Assembly: GCF_001194135.2 (NCBI RefSeq) | Contig: NC_068995.1 | Coordinates: forward strand, 20,232,394-20,296,393 | Direction of reading: 5' to 3' | DNA from: Octopus bimaculoides | Taxonomy: Eukaryota | DNA: 64,000 nucleotides | Shown: positions 27,789-42,111 of the stretch, piece by piece | Position numbering within the stretch: position 1 is the stretch's first letter | How the letters are laid out: every line of letters starts with the position of its first letter | Notes under the pieces: model-generated | Told to the model about the DNA's origin: nothing | Database searches by the model: none | Seen by the model: only the letters and a program-made list of their open reading frames with translations | Position numbers and translations under genes: made by a program

Positions 27789-29228
27789 ATTATTATTTCA
27801 TTATTTGAAGCCGAATTTTTCTGGCTGTCAGGGTTTTGAGAAAGTAGGCTCGATCACTCTTTCTGTTTACTCAAAAGGGTATGTTGATTAAAATTTTTAC
27901 TTCATCATTAACCGTTTATTACTTGCTTATGAGTAGCGCTCGAAAGAGAATTATACGGGTAAACAGTTATAAGATAAACAGTTATACGGGTCAGCAAAGG
28001 AAATAAATTACCACTCGACACACGTAGCTTGAGTAGCGAGTTTATTGAGTAGCAAGTTAAGTCAGCTTCACATTATTCAGTTTCTTAGGAAAAAGTTTGC
28101 AGCTACATCTTCAGATGCGTCGGGTCAGAGTAAGTAGATTTTTAATAATAGCTCCTATAAGAGAATATTAAGGGGCTTCTGTTGGTGAGTTCAGGTCACG
28201 TAAATAATTTTATAAAAAGCAACTTAAAACCTACGATCACCGCGATACATTTTTTTCGCTTCCTTTGTAATGATTATGCCCGTTCATTACCAGTTTCTCG
28301 CTTTCAGAACTATCTACTACAGAAATTATTTCAGTTATGTTAAACCGTATTGGTCTCCCAGCGCTTTTAGTAATCACGCTAGCTGTCATTAAAGCTGATA
28401 CTCATTGTGTTAACAGAAAGATCTGAAAGAAATGTCTGAGATTGTACTTCTGAAAAACAGAATATTTATACACACACCCCTGATGTAATTATATTTCTTG
28501 TTTAAAAGCAATACAGTTCATCACATTTTTTAATCCTATATGTAAGTTATTTACACTGTTTCCCATTGAACAGTGTATAAACAATTGAACATGAGAAAAC
28601 GCTGTGTTCCGCTGTTGACATCTGCTTCACGAAATTTGTTTTGATTTTTCTAAGTAAACATGGTAACAAACAAAATCTGGCAGAAAACTTTTCTTATGCT
28701 GAAAGGGGCAGTTTGTTCATTGGAGATCTGGTTCACATCTGCCGCCATAGACACCCAGAGTTCCCACTGTTTATAATACACTGGAATATAGCATCTAATT
28801 TGCTTTCTATAAGTTTGCTGAATATTTGACGTAAAGATAATGTTACTTGTTCTCAGGGACTACATGTATGACCGACTTCACAAACGTAGCGTTTTAAAGA
28901 ACAAATTAACAAGATATACGTATATAAATATCGCTGAACCTGAACAGAGTAAAGAACTGTATGGATAAAAAGAAGGTAGCAGCTTAAAACCTGGTGATGT
29001 GAAGGAATAAGGGTTGAACCACAGACTATATATCACTTTTAATTTGTACACATTTGAGTTGGAGAATATATGCAGAAACAAAAATAAAAACAGAACGTTG
29101 CTCTTGTTGCATTCTAACCACAGTTTTCCCCATATCAAGGAGACCAATAGCGAAGGAAGTTCCGCTTGTGGTCATCTCATCTTTTTATATATCCAGCTCT
29201 ATGCTGTGTTTCATGTATCCCTCTATAT

Positions 29229-29562
29229 CAGCGGTTTTCAACCAGGGTCCATATGGCCCCTGAGGATCCTTGTAAGATTTTGGGGGATCCACAGAATAAA
29301 ATAGTAAATGGGGGTCCACAATAGTATTTTAAGGACCCCTGAAAAAAATTTGCTTTAGATGCATGCATTGTTACGTATTGCAAAAGAACAGCTAGATTTC
29401 TTTATCTAACAGTTTCGACCTACGCAAGTGAATATGTGAAAAACAAAATAGGAAATTTGAAAGAAGTTTTTAAATATGGTATGGCTATGGGGGTCCACCT
29501 GAATATAGTAATTAAAGAGGTTCATAGATAAAAAAAAAAAAAGAAGTGGTCGAGAACCCCTA
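29229..29562. mobile_element. hAT (Charlie-like) MITE, 334 bp
   Basis: TIRs cagcggttttcaacc / ggtcgagaaccccta; 8-bp TSD ctctatat versus ctctctat (7 of 8 match). Confidence 0.85.
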
Positions 29563-30454
29563 CTCTCTATTTAAAACGATGGGTTTTTTGGAGAAATATT
29601 TGGTTACTATTATTGTTGGTTGAGCGACGCCATACAGACTCCCCGTGTCGGCTCGTGAAGTAGAAGGTAAATCAAAATGTTCCAGTGTCGAAGTAATTTA
29701 CCAAACCAACGTGAAATGATATCTTAGAATGTGTTAGTATAACAACTAAAATCATTTTAAAGCATATAAAATGTGGTTTTTTTTTATGACTATTGTAGAA
29801 ATATTTTCATAGTGACGAAAAAAATATATATATAGAACAANNNNNNNNNNNNNNNNNNNNNNNNNNNNNNNNNNNNNNNNNNNNNNNNNNNNNNNNNNNN
29901 NNNNNNNNNNNNNNNNNNNNNNNNNNNNNNNNNNNNNNNNNNNNNNNNNNNNNNNNNNNNNNNNNNNNNNNNNNNNNNNNNNNNNNNNNNNNNNNNNNNN
30001 NNNNNNNNNNNNNNNNNNNNNNNNNNNNNNNNNNNNNNNNNNNNNNNNNNNNNNNNNNNNNNNNNNNNNNNNNNNNNNNNNNNNNNNNNNNNNNNNNNNN
30101 NNNNNNNNNNNNNNNNNNNNNNNNNNNNNNNNNNNNNNNNNNNNNNNNNNNNNNNNNNNNNNNNNNNNNNNNNNNNNNNNNNNNNNNNNNNNNNNNNNNN
30201 NNNNNNNNNNNNNNNNNNNNNNNNNNNNNNNNNNNNNNNNNNNNNNNNNNNNNNNNNNNNNNNNNNNNNNNNNNNNNNNNNNNNNNNNNNNNNNNNNNNN
30301 NNNNNNNNNNNNNNNNNNNNNNNNNNNNNNNNNNNNNNNNNNNNNNNNNNNNNNNNNNNNNNNNNNNNNNNNNNNNNNNNNNNNNNNNNNNNNNNNNNNN
30401 NNNNNNNNNNNNNNNNNNNAAAAAAAAAAAAAACTGTTTAATATATGTTTAATA

Positions 30455-30650
30455 TTTTGGCACACGGCCAGCAATTATAGAGTAGGGGCAAGTCAATTTC
30501 ATCGACCTCAGCCCTCAGGTGGTACATATTTTGCCAACTCCGAACGGACAACTCAATCGCGGTGGAATCTGAACTCAGAATGTAAAGATTCACGAAATGC
30601 CGCTAAAAGTTTTGCCCGATCCTGCTTACGATTCTGCTAGCTCGCTGCCT
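30455..30650 (-). mobile_element. SINE family B
   Basis: ttttggcacacggccagcaatt...gaactcagaatgtaaag...ctagctcgctgcctt. Confidence 0.85.
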
Positions 30651-30920
30651 TAGAAAAAACTTAATGTAATATCAAAAAGAAAGAAAAAAAAAACTCAGCC
30701 TGTCCACATTAATTAGTGTACAACACTGCGCATTTACTTAGCGGTCATCTTACAAAAAATCTTTTAAATTAAATTTTAGGAACGTGAAGAGTAAAACAAA
30801 AATCAAAGACAAAAACAAAGGCAATTAAGGATATAAAAATACCTGCTGCAACAACAGCTGCCAATAAAGGAACAACGGAAGTAAAGGGGACCCTAAAAAC
30901 CACACTGATGTGAATACGAA

Positions 30921-31345
30921 CTGGCTGTGTGGAAAGTAGCTTGCTTACCAACCACATGGTTCCGGGTTCAGTCCCACTGCGCGGCACCTTGGGCACGTGT
31001 CTTCTACTATAGCCTCGGGCCGACCAAAGCCTTGTGAGTGGATTTGGTAGACGAAAACAGAAAGAAGCCCGTCGTATATATGTATATATGTATGTGTATA
31101 TGTATGTGTGTGTGTATGTGTTTGTGTATCTGTGTTTGTCCCCCCCCCCAAAAAAAACATCGCTTGACAACCGATGCTGGTGTGTTTACGTCCCCGTAAC
31201 TTAGCGGTTCGGCAAAAGAGACCGATAGAATAAGTACTAGGCTTACAAAGAATAAGTCCTGGGGTCGATTTGCTCGACTAAAGGCAGTGCTCCAGCATGG
31301 CCACAGTCAAATGACTGAAACAAGTAAAAGAGTAAAAGAGTAAGA
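30921..31345 (+). mobile_element. SINE family A, near full length (best copy)
   Basis: tRNA-like head tggctgtgtgg (box A) ... ccgggttcagtccc (box B), internal (TA/TG)n tract, tail ending in (gtaaaaga)n. Confidence 0.92.
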
Positions 31346-31695
31346 GAAATAAATTCCAATTGTTTAACCAAATCGTAATGGCAGCGTTGAATGAGAGAGG
31401 AGTAATTTTACCCATCAACTTGGATGCTTCATACAGATAGATCGAAGTCTAATGGCCAAAATATTGAAATATGTTTTCACCCAATTATTTACTAAAGATT
31501 TAGAAAGTGTGCTGTCATTAGAAGTAGAAACTTACTTATTTTGTCTGTGCACACACGTACTATTTATAAAAGGTAAGTCTAAACGGTTTTTGAATCAGGC
31601 ATTGAGCAATTTCGTGAGAAATATAAGGCTCTTTAAATCAGTAGAAAGATGGGTTTTAGTAAAGAAAAATGCTGAGGGAGTGACCGAAATAGTAT

Positions 31696-32095
31696 ATGCG
31701 CACACACACAAACACACACCCGCACATATACAGACGCACACATGTACACACAGACGCGCAAACACACACACATACACACACGCACGCACGCACATACACA
31801 CACGCATACACATATGCACACACACACACACGCATACACATACACACACGCATACACACATACACACACGCATGCACATACACACACGTACACACACACA
31901 TACACACACGTACACACATACACGCACACACATGCACACACACATGCACACACACACACATACACACGCTCACGCACACTCACACACACACGCACACACA
32001 TACGCATAAACATACATACACAAACACACATACGCATATACACATACAGACGCACACACATATGTACATTACCTGCGTATATGTATGTATATCTT
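31696..32095. repeat. Long degenerate (CA)/(CATA)/(CACG) tract
   Basis: Open in several frames on both strands (His/Thr and Cys/Val ORFs), which indicates simple-repeat origin. Confidence 0.9.
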
Positions 32096-32388
32096 GAATT
32101 CTATTGGTCTGTGACACATATTAAATTATATGATTCACTCTTGCTAAAATAATGTGACACTATCCAAGAAACTGATTGACATGCTAGAAATAGCAGTAAA
32201 AATTTTCAAATCACACTGTGCCGTAGCAGATGAAACAAGATAGGGCCAAAGGGAAGCAAATCTTAGTTCATGGCTCTCTTGGAGTTGGGTGTATACGAGG
32301 GTTAACAGAAGTAAAAACAGAAATACTACACCAGAGATGGATGTAACTAAGAGAAATGATGGTCAGGAATCCTCACCGACAGGCAATG

Positions 32389-32705
32389 GGCGCAGGCATG
32401 GCTGCGTTGTTAAGAAGCTCGTTTTGGAACCACGTCGTTTCGTGTTCAGTTCAACTGCGCGGCTCTTTGATATACCTGAATCAAACAATTCATTGTGAGT
32501 GAATTTGGTAGACGTAAACTGTGGAAGGTCACCGTGAGTGGCTGTGTGGTAAGTACCTTGCTTACCAACCACATTGTTCCGAGTTCAGTCTCACTGCGTG
32601 TCAACTTGGACAAGTGTCTTCTGCTATAGCCTCAGGCCGACCGAAGCCTTATGAGTGGAATTAGTGGATGCAAGCTGAAGGAGGCCCGTCGCGTGTATGT
32701 GTGTG

Positions 32706-32751
<46 letters not shown>

Positions 32752-32965
32752 TGTGTGTGTCTGTTTGCTTCCCCAGCATCGCTTGACAACTGATGCTGGT
32801 GCTTTTATGTCTCCGTAACTTAATGGTTTGGCAAAAAGAGGCCAATAGAATAAGTACTATGCTTACAGAGAATAAGTCCTGGGGTCAATTTGGTCAACTA
32901 AAAGCGGTGTTCCAGCATAGCCGCAGTGAAATGAGTAAAACAGCTAAAAGAATATAAGAATATAA
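32389..32965 (+). mobile_element. SINE family A: diverged 5' part followed by a second, complete copy
   Basis: ggcgcaggcatggctgcgttg head at 32389; second gagtggctgtgtggtaag head at about 32536, continuing to the tail. Confidence 0.85.
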
Positions 32966-33398
32966 GAGAGAATGGAATAAATATATTTGGAATAGTCACA
33001 ACAAGAAATATATTGACATTCGCAATTGTATTACAACGTAAATGATGAGAATAGGAAGATACAATAGAGAATAAGATTATAAGAATTCTTACGATCGTTT
33101 CATGACTATGTAACTTATCTGAATGAAATACACACACACACGCACACACACACAGAGATATATATATATTGGAAGGTTTGGAGGTGATGTACAGGAATTA
33201 TATAGTGGAAAAAATAATAAGGTACTCAGATATCTGGATGGTTGTACATTTACAGATTTTTATTAATATGTCACAAGTTTTATAAATATTAGCGCTTGCA
33301 CCTATTCTTGTAGGTTTTTCAAATATATATATATATATAAATAAGTGTAATATGAGTTGTTCCCAAGTAACGAGCATGCTGGCCGTTTAATTAATAAT

Positions 33399-33609
33399 CC
33401 TTTCTATTAAAGGCACAAGGCCTGAAATTTGGGTGGTGGGGAGACTAGGCGATTAACCCTCAGTGTTTTACTGGTACTTAATTTATCTACCCCGCAAAGA
33501 TGAAGGCAAATTTGACCTCGGCGGAATTTGAACTCGGAACGTAGCTACGGGTGAAATACCGCTAAGCATTTCGTCTAGCGTGATAACGTTTCTGCCACCT
33601 CACCACTTA
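33399..33609 (-). mobile_element. SINE family B with 18-bp TSD
   Basis: Flanks ggccgtttaattaataat (33381-33398) and ggccgtttaattcataat (33610-33627). Confidence 0.93.
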
Positions 33610-33693
33610 GGCCGTTTAATTCATAATGGATTTATTTAGTCTCTTTGTAGTTAGGACATGTTATTAATTATTTGTTTTAGTAATAAATGTATA

Positions 33694-33770
<77 letters not shown>

Positions 33771-34470
33771 AGGTATATTTTTAAAATTTAATTTAACTCA
33801 ATTCCAATTCATTTTTTATATCTTATTTTAACAAGCAACGTATTTGCTTAATATATTTTATAGTATTGAACATATTTCATCGATATTGATCCAAGTCATT
33901 CTTTTTCCTTGTATATTGTTCAAGGGCGTTGTTTGTGAGTTATACTTTTTCACTAATCTTTATTAGTCTTGTTTTTGGTGTGATATCATGTTTATGTTGT
34001 GACGTAGGTTGAAAAACAAAATATCTAGCAATCTATGGCCGTGTTTTGGTATAAGTTCTTCGTTTTATAAGTACTATTGTGTAACTGTAAATTGATACTG
34101 TTTGTTTATTTTGATGTTGTTACTTTTAGTAAGAAGCTGGTGGATTCCCAGGCAGCGTTTATATTTTTAATGTTGTTTACACCACCGGATTGAACGGTCC
34201 TGTCTCAGTGTCGAAACCATAGCGATACCGTTTGGCAACTGATGAGAGGAATACACATTTGTTAGGCTTGATTCTTTCATCTTACTCTCGTTATTCTACG
34301 TTGTCCTTCATTCTTGTAAAATGGAAAGTGTTTGTGGATTCATAATTAGTGGGGATCACTTACAACGACAGTGGTTGGTTTGTCTTCATATATATTCTTA
34401 TTAGACTTAGATGACGCTTAGATATTGGTGTCTCGTTTAGGGTTATTATGTTGTTATGTGGCATATATAT

Positions 34471-34535
<65 letters not shown>

Positions 34536-34777
34536 NNNNNNNNNNNNNNNNNNNNNNNNNNNNNNNNNNNNNNNNNNNNNNNNNNNNNNNNNNNNNNNNN
34601 NNNNNNNNNNNNNNNNNNNNNNNNNNNNNNNNNNNNNNNNNNNNNNNNNNNNNNNNNNNNNNNNNNNNNNNNNNNNNNNNNNNNNNNNNNNNNNNNNNNN
34701 NNNATTATCCTTGCAATTTTGGCTGGTTATTCTCGATGCATATGTATATATTGTATATATTTGCACACACACACACT

Positions 34778-34838
<61 letters not shown>

Positions 34839-34884
34839 GCACACACGCTCTCATATATATGCATGTATATGCCTGTGTGTATCT

Positions 34885-35099
34885 TTGTGTCTAGGTTTGT
34901 CCCCCGCTCACCACTTAACTGATGCTAGTTTGTTTACGCCCCCGTATTTTAGCGGCTTGGCAAGAAGAACAGACAGAATAGGTACCACACTTGAAATATA
35001 ACAACTGGCGGGGTGACGGGGACAGTAATTGTTCGACTAAATCATTCAAGGTGGTGACCCAGCATGGCCGCTGTCCAATAACTGAAACGAGTAAAAGAT
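34885..35099 (+). mobile_element. SINE family A, 3' half
   Basis: gtttgtccccc...tgtttacgccccgtattttagcgg...ccagcatggccg...gaaacgagtaaaaga. Confidence 0.8.
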
Positions 35100-35529
35100 G
35101 AATTATACAACGATTGCGCTGTCTTGCCTTGTTCTCTAAACTCATGATAGATTAGTAAGGAAGTGTGTCTTTGGCACTAAACCTGGCTGATAGAATCCTA
35201 CACGGCTCATCAGTTATCTTCTACAAGAAATTGAAATCTCCAGCAAACTATTGTTGTACTTCGTAATTGCGTCAAAACGGCTTAATTAAAATCGACAGTA
35301 ATTAGTATTAAAAGTGGCAATTAGTACTATCCAGTTGTAATTATATATCGTAGAAGTGGCGTATATGTTAAGGTGATGTGATTTGTACTACTGTCATTAA
35401 TAAAGATTACAACGGAGACTAGAATATTCAAAGGAGTCGGCTAGTTGGTTAATGAATAGAAGAGAATAGTATTACATATTGTACTAATGAAAACATGTGG
35501 ACTAGAAATTACTACCTGACTAACAGAAT

Positions 35530-35547
35530 TGATTGATAGATAAATAG

Positions 35548-35603
<56 letters not shown>

Positions 35604-35796
35604 GGATGGATGGATGGATGGATGGATGGATGGATGGATGGATGGATAAACAAGAAGAGTGATGCAATAGACAGGTAAGCATGGTAAGCCAGACAATCGA
35701 ACAGACTGATAGACACACAGATTGACAAAGAGACAGGCAGACAGGCAGACAGACAGGCAGACAGACAGGCAGGCAGACAGATTGACAAATAGATAC

Positions 35797-35845
<49 letters not shown>
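35530..35845. repeat. Compound (GATA)n-(GGAT)n-(GACA/GGCA)n-(GATA)n tetranucleotide array
   Basis: Direct reading. Confidence 0.92.
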
Positions 35846-35850
<5 letters not shown>

Positions 35851-36622
35851 TGATAGATAGAAACGCACAAACACACACACACATACATGTATATAACATA
35901 TGTGTGCGTGTGTGTATACACAGAAAGATAGAGAGAATGTTGTGTGGTAGACGATATACATAAACACAAGCAGGCAAACATAATTCATTGATATCATTTA
36001 TTAAAAAGAAACCAATGTTATGAATACAAATTTAAATAGGGATACACACACTGAGACATAGACACACTCACACACACTCACACACACTCACATAATTATG
36101 TTTATATGTATGTATATATCCATATATATATATATATATATANNNNNNNNNNNNNNNNNNNNNNNNNNNNNNNNNNNNNNNNNNNNATATATATATGTAT
36201 ATATATATATGTATGTATATATGTATGTATATATATATGTGTGTGTGTGTGTATGTATATATGTATGTATGTATTTGTATACACTTATACATGCATACAG
36301 GCAGATATACATGTGTGTGTGTTCTGTGTCTGTCGGTCTGTCTGTCTGTCTGTCTGTCAGTCTGTAGGTATGCCACTAATATATAGCTAAGTTGCATACA
36401 GAAACGTTATTAGTGAGTCCTGGATTTACAGGTAAGGTACACATATCTAGTTTGTATAGTATATTCGAGATTCTTTAATTTCCGTTCCACATTTCACATA
36501 GACGTATTCATAGCTCCAACTAATTTAATTTATTTTGAATTTCTTATTGAGCTCTCTCATGTTAAATGCCGCAGCTCTGAGTTAAATTAAAATGTTGTAT
36601 AAAGCACAGGTGTGGCTATATA

Positions 36623-36667
<45 letters not shown>

Positions 36668-38269
36668 TACAAAAATATATAAATATATATATTCATATAT
36701 ATACACGCATATATAAACAAATGTGTGTGTGAGTGTGTGTATGTATGTGTATGGGTGTCTTAGTGAGTGAATGTGTGTATTATATATATTACATATATTA
36801 CACATACATACATACATATATATATATATTTATATATATATACATTTAAGCCTTAATACATACTGATATACGCGCGCGTACGCACATGCACACACATATA
36901 TTAAGCTGCCGCAACAGCACTGTTATGAATAAATATATACAAATATCTTGTATAATATGATTAATTACGGCTTAATTAGTTCTCGCTATAAAGACATGAA
37001 TTGTAGATACTTTGGTATACAGCGAATCTCTCCTCAACTACATATTGTGACTTGGGTGGCAATGCGTAATTGCAGTCTCAATTTTACTTGACGTGTAAAT
37101 TAATTGATGTAATCCTTAACTAGTCGATAGTTATTGTGCTATTGTATCAGCAATCATACTCAAAACTTTTGATTAACTGCTCTTGTGCTCATGTATACAA
37201 ATCTCACAGTCTTATAGCTAGTTCATTTAACAAAGACATACAGCTTTGCGCTAACAAACACCGCCATAAATTCTCACAAGCACAAAATTTCTCTCTGCCC
37301 TATTCAGCAACATATCCCAAATTACAAATCATTTTGCACGAAGAATAAAATCTCTTCCTACACGTGTTTTCAGCAGAACAGACCATCATCAATCCGTCGC
37401 AATATGGATTAAAAATATTCACAATTTTTCAGTTTGCCCTTGACTGGAAGCATGTTATTAAATAAATCGTTATTGCAAATTCGTGCGCTCATACGATCAT
37501 TTCTATACAGACTCACTCCTATACAAACAAGCATAAACGAGTATATGCAATCACCTCTTCAGAATAACCTAGACGTTTATACAGACTCACTTGCACGAAC
37601 ACTCAAAAGCAGAAGTTTCTGCAGACTTATATGCATGCGCCTATAAGTACTCATTTGAATAAATTCTATTGTTGATACGTGCGCACTAACATCAAAGTAA
37701 CAATAAGTTACTAGCCCTTCATCACAGCATTGTGCATAGCAGGAAATGGCCAGTCTCCAAAATACAATACCGATTGTGTTTATTTGTATGGTTCTTTCGA
37801 TGCATGATTTGGCATTATTATTTGATTCATATGGTGCAAAGGGAAGTAGCACAATATCCATCCAGTAAAATGTAATCTGTAATACACACATACTCACATA
37901 TACACATATGATATGGATTTATGTTTGTACAGAGTATTATAAGAATTAATAATGATTTTGTGTTATAGACAAATGGTAATCCGGTAGGTTTATATAACGC
38001 ATTTTGTGTCACCAAGCGCTATTTCAGGCTCAGTACACATGATTAGGCCTATTTGAAATCCAGGACGCAGGTAGATGAAAAAATATGAGGAAGAACGAGA
38101 AGGTTAATGCAAAAAGTGGAGCGCGAAGGCAAAGGATGAATAAAAACGGAAAAAGAAAAGAAAGAAAACCAAGAATTGTAATTCCTTTGTTCGTAGAAAT
38201 CAGAATCAATTTAAACTAATACAACGGCGCGGAAGCCAAAGTCTGCAAGACAGCGGCTCAATCTAGAGA

Positions 38270-38551
38270 TGCTGTTGACCTTTAGTTCAACAAAAGAAAT
38301 TTTGTTAATGTGCTTGCATTTGATGAAAATTACGGCCCTGGAATTTAGTATTGTGGTGGAAGTCCTGGATCTAGAAAGAATGTGTGATCTTCCAGCAGCG
38401 CATAGTCTGCATCGCTTTGTTCCATCTACATATGGCATAGATTTCTCCACATTTCTCCACTTGGTTGTATGTGGTGACCTCAGATCCCGTACACTCAAGT
38501 GGAGCAATTTGTCTGGTGTAGTAACAATTCTACCACCTTGCAGTCGCCACA
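38270..38551 (-). mobile_element. Penelope-like element, C-terminal part of the GIY-YIG endonuclease region
   Basis: KWRNVEKSMPYVDGTKRCRLCAAGRSHILSRSRTSTTILNSRAVIFIKCKHINK matches the PLE terminal pattern W..PY..G.K.C.LC..E...I...LN.R.E...CRH.NK. Confidence 0.8.
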
Positions 38552-38751
<200 letters not shown>

Positions 38752-39030
38752 CCCGACAAAAGAATTTGATAAGCTCAAAAAATATAAGATCATAAAATCT
38801 CCGTAAAAGAATTTGATAAACTCAGAAAATATAAAGATATGCTGATTGAAATCGAAAAAATGTAGCATCTCAAGACGGTTACAATACCAATGATTGTAGA
38901 AGCACTTGGAATGATCGAAAAAGGAGCTGAAAATTATTTGAGAATGATCTCTAGCTTACCATCTATGCAGGGAGTGGAAAAGATCGTTTTAATGCGTATT
39001 CAAAAGAGCATCGTCGCGGTGAATTTTATT
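38752..39030 (+). mobile_element. R4/Dong-like non-LTR retrotransposon, 3' fragment (RLE C-terminus)
   Basis: KEFDKLRKYKDMLIEIEKM*HLKTVTIPMIVEALGMIEKGAENYLRMISSLPSMQGVEKIVL matches the R4-clade pattern K..KL.KY.DL..EI..MW.L.T..IP.IVGALG; short internal duplication at its start. Confidence 0.82.
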
Positions 39031-39292
39031 TCCTTTTGCCCCTTTATTTTCTTTCTTTTTTCTATTTTTTCTATATTTGTATTTTTTTTTCCTCTTTTCT
39101 TTCTTTCTTCCCTTTTTTTATATCACGTAACTTGACTTTGTAAATGAACAATCTACTGGGGTTTTTTTTTATGGTCTACCAATGTATATAGTGAGTTTCT
39201 TTGCCTTAGATGTCGGGAAGACACTCGGTGAGAAATGAAAGCAAAAATGAGAGAAGACAAAATAAATAATGATAATAATGATAATAACAATA

Positions 39293-39327
<35 letters not shown>

Positions 39328-40918
39328 AGTTTCAAATTTTGGCAGAAGGCAAAGTGGGAGGAATAAGTCGATTACATGGACTCCAGTACTCGAGTCAGAT
39401 TCACTTCTTCATCCTTTATAATCTCTCTGTGACATTAACGTTCCTACTTCTATTAGTCCATTAACGTTTCGAGGCTCTCTTGTTTAGTATGAAATGATCC
39501 TTTGCAACCCAACGCAAAGTGCACGGAAACATGCCTTTCTACAATCATATCATACAGAGGATAGAGTTTAAATAGTTTCAAAAACACTGACTAATTGATA
39601 TAGAAACGTTAATGTTCCAACCTAAGCATTAAGACTAATAAGGAAATACGCGAAATCTCTAATAAAACCCATCAAATACGGACATAGTTTTGCGCTCATT
39701 AAATGTTTGAAAGAGGATTCCCAATAAACATGGACTCTTTCTCTCTCTCACACACATATATCGCACAGTACACACACTCACACATTCACATTGCCTAACA
39801 TTAAGGCAGATTTTATTTTCTAGTTCCACTTTTAAAAATTACCATCGTATACAAACGAGTAATTTTCTAATACTGTTCTGTTTGAATCTACTAATGATCA
39901 CAGCATATGTATCTATATGTTTATATGTCATATATATATNNNNNNNNNNNNNNNNNNNNNNNNNNNNNNNNNNNNNNNNNNNNNNNNNNNNNNNNNNNNN
40001 NNNNNNNNNNNNNNNNNNNNNNNNNNNNNNNNNNNNNNNNNNNNNNNNNNNNNNNNNNNNNNNNNNNNNNNNNNNNNNNNNNNNNNNNNNNNNNNNNNNN
40101 NNNNNNNNNNNNNNNNNNNNNNNNNNNNNNNNNNNNNNNNNNNNNNNNNNNNNNNNNNNNNNNNNNNNNNNNNNNNNNNNNNNNNNNNNNNNNNNNNNNN
40201 NNNNNNNNNNNNNNNNNNNNNNNNNNNNNNNNNNNNNNNNNNNNNNNNNNNNNNNNNNNNNNNNNNNNNNNNNNNNNNNNNNNNNNNNNNNNNNNNNNNN
40301 NNNNNNNNNNNNNNNNNNNNNNNNNNNNNNNNNNNNNNNNNNNNNNNNNNNNNNNNNNNNNNNNNNNNNNNNNNNNNNNNNNNNNNNNNNNNNNNNNNNN
40401 NNNNNNNNNNNNNNNNNNNNNNNNNNNNNNNNNNNNNNNNNNNNNNNNNNNNNNNNNNNNNNNNNNNNNNNNNNNNNNNNNNNNNNNNNNNNNNNNNNNN
40501 NNNNNNNNNNNNNNNNNNNNNNNNNNNNNNNNNNNNNNNNNNNNNNNNNNNNNNNNNNNNNNNNNNNNNNNNNNNNNNNNNNNNNNNNNNNNNNNNNNNN
40601 NNNNNNNNNNNNNNNNNNNNNNNNNNNNNNNNNNNNNNNNNNNNNNNNNNNNNNNNNNNNNNNNNNNNNNNNNNNNNNNNNNNNNNNNNNNNNNNNNNNN
40701 NNNNNNNNNNNNNNNNNNNNNNNNNNNNNNNNNNNNNNNNNNNNNNNNNNNNNNNNNNNNNNNNNNNNNNNNNNNNNNNNNNNNNNNNNNNNNNNNNNNN
40801 NNNNNNNNNNNNNNNNNNNNNNNNNNNNNNNNNNNNNNNNNNNNNNNNNNNATAGCGTGAGTTATGGTAATGTTTCACTTCATTGTTGCTGTTTTTGTTG
40901 GCATTATTATTATTATTA

Positions 40919-40998
<80 letters not shown>

Positions 40999-41960
40999 GT
41001 GTGCTTCTGTGTGGATATATGCGTATAATGAATACAAACTCAGACATATTCATTCTCACACAGAAAGGAAAGACAAGAGAATTTAATCATAACAATTTTC
41101 ATCACCAAATCTAGCTCAACCGGCTTACAATTCAACAACACCATACTCTCTAAATGTATTCTCTGTCGGGTCCACCTAACCAATAGTCTACAGTCAAACC
41201 ACCATCCCTACCGGACAGTACCCTCTTCCTACCCGTTTACGTTTTTTTTTTTTTTTTCATTTTTCTTTTTTTTTTCTTTTTTTTTTCTTTTTCCTACTCT
41301 GAAGCATACCCATCCTTTCTCTTCATTTCTACCCATAATTATGAACACGAAATAAATAAATAAATAACTAAATGAATAAATAAAATAAATATGAAAATAA
41401 ACATAATAATAATAATAAAAATGAAAATATATATATATATATATAAAAAAAGAGACAATAGCGAAATAAAGAAAGGAACAACAATAAAAAGCAACAACAA
41501 CAAGCAACCTACTAGAAAAACTACCAAACTTCATCACCATTGATCAGCTTGCTGGCGGAATATTCATGACCATGTATTAATTAAAACATCAAAGAGGTGC
41601 CGATTACAATAGCATGCCTCCTCTACCTCACCCTTACAGTTATACACACACACACACATATATAGTACACGTGTATGCACATAAATACGTACATACATAC
41701 GCGCACTCATATATACATACACACACATACATATACACGTACACTAGACGAAAAATCGACCAAAAGAGGCTTAACAACGGTGCTTTATTAGATATACACC
41801 CAATGCAATGTTTAGGTCGAATTAGTAGCCTGTTCAAGAGTTCCTCGCAGAAATTGCTTCACTGAAGTCTGCTTCGATTGGCAATCAGCTTTCGACGCAA
41901 GGATGGTGGGTGGGTGGTAGGGTGGTGGTAAGGGTAGGGGTTGGACTCATTGTTCTTGTT

Positions 41961-41998
<38 letters not shown>

Positions 41999-42071
41999 TT
42001 TTTGCATTTATTTGTTATTGTAGTCTCTTTCTCCCAATTTTTCATCACTATCGAAATTATTATTATTATTA

Positions 42072-42111
<40 letters not shown>

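Noticed and set aside
28840-28970. Short plus-strand frame DYMYDRLHKRSVLKNKLTRYTYINIAEPEQSKELYG* after a ttctcag acceptor
   Set aside because: It is too short, with no recognisable homology and no supporting neighbouring exon.
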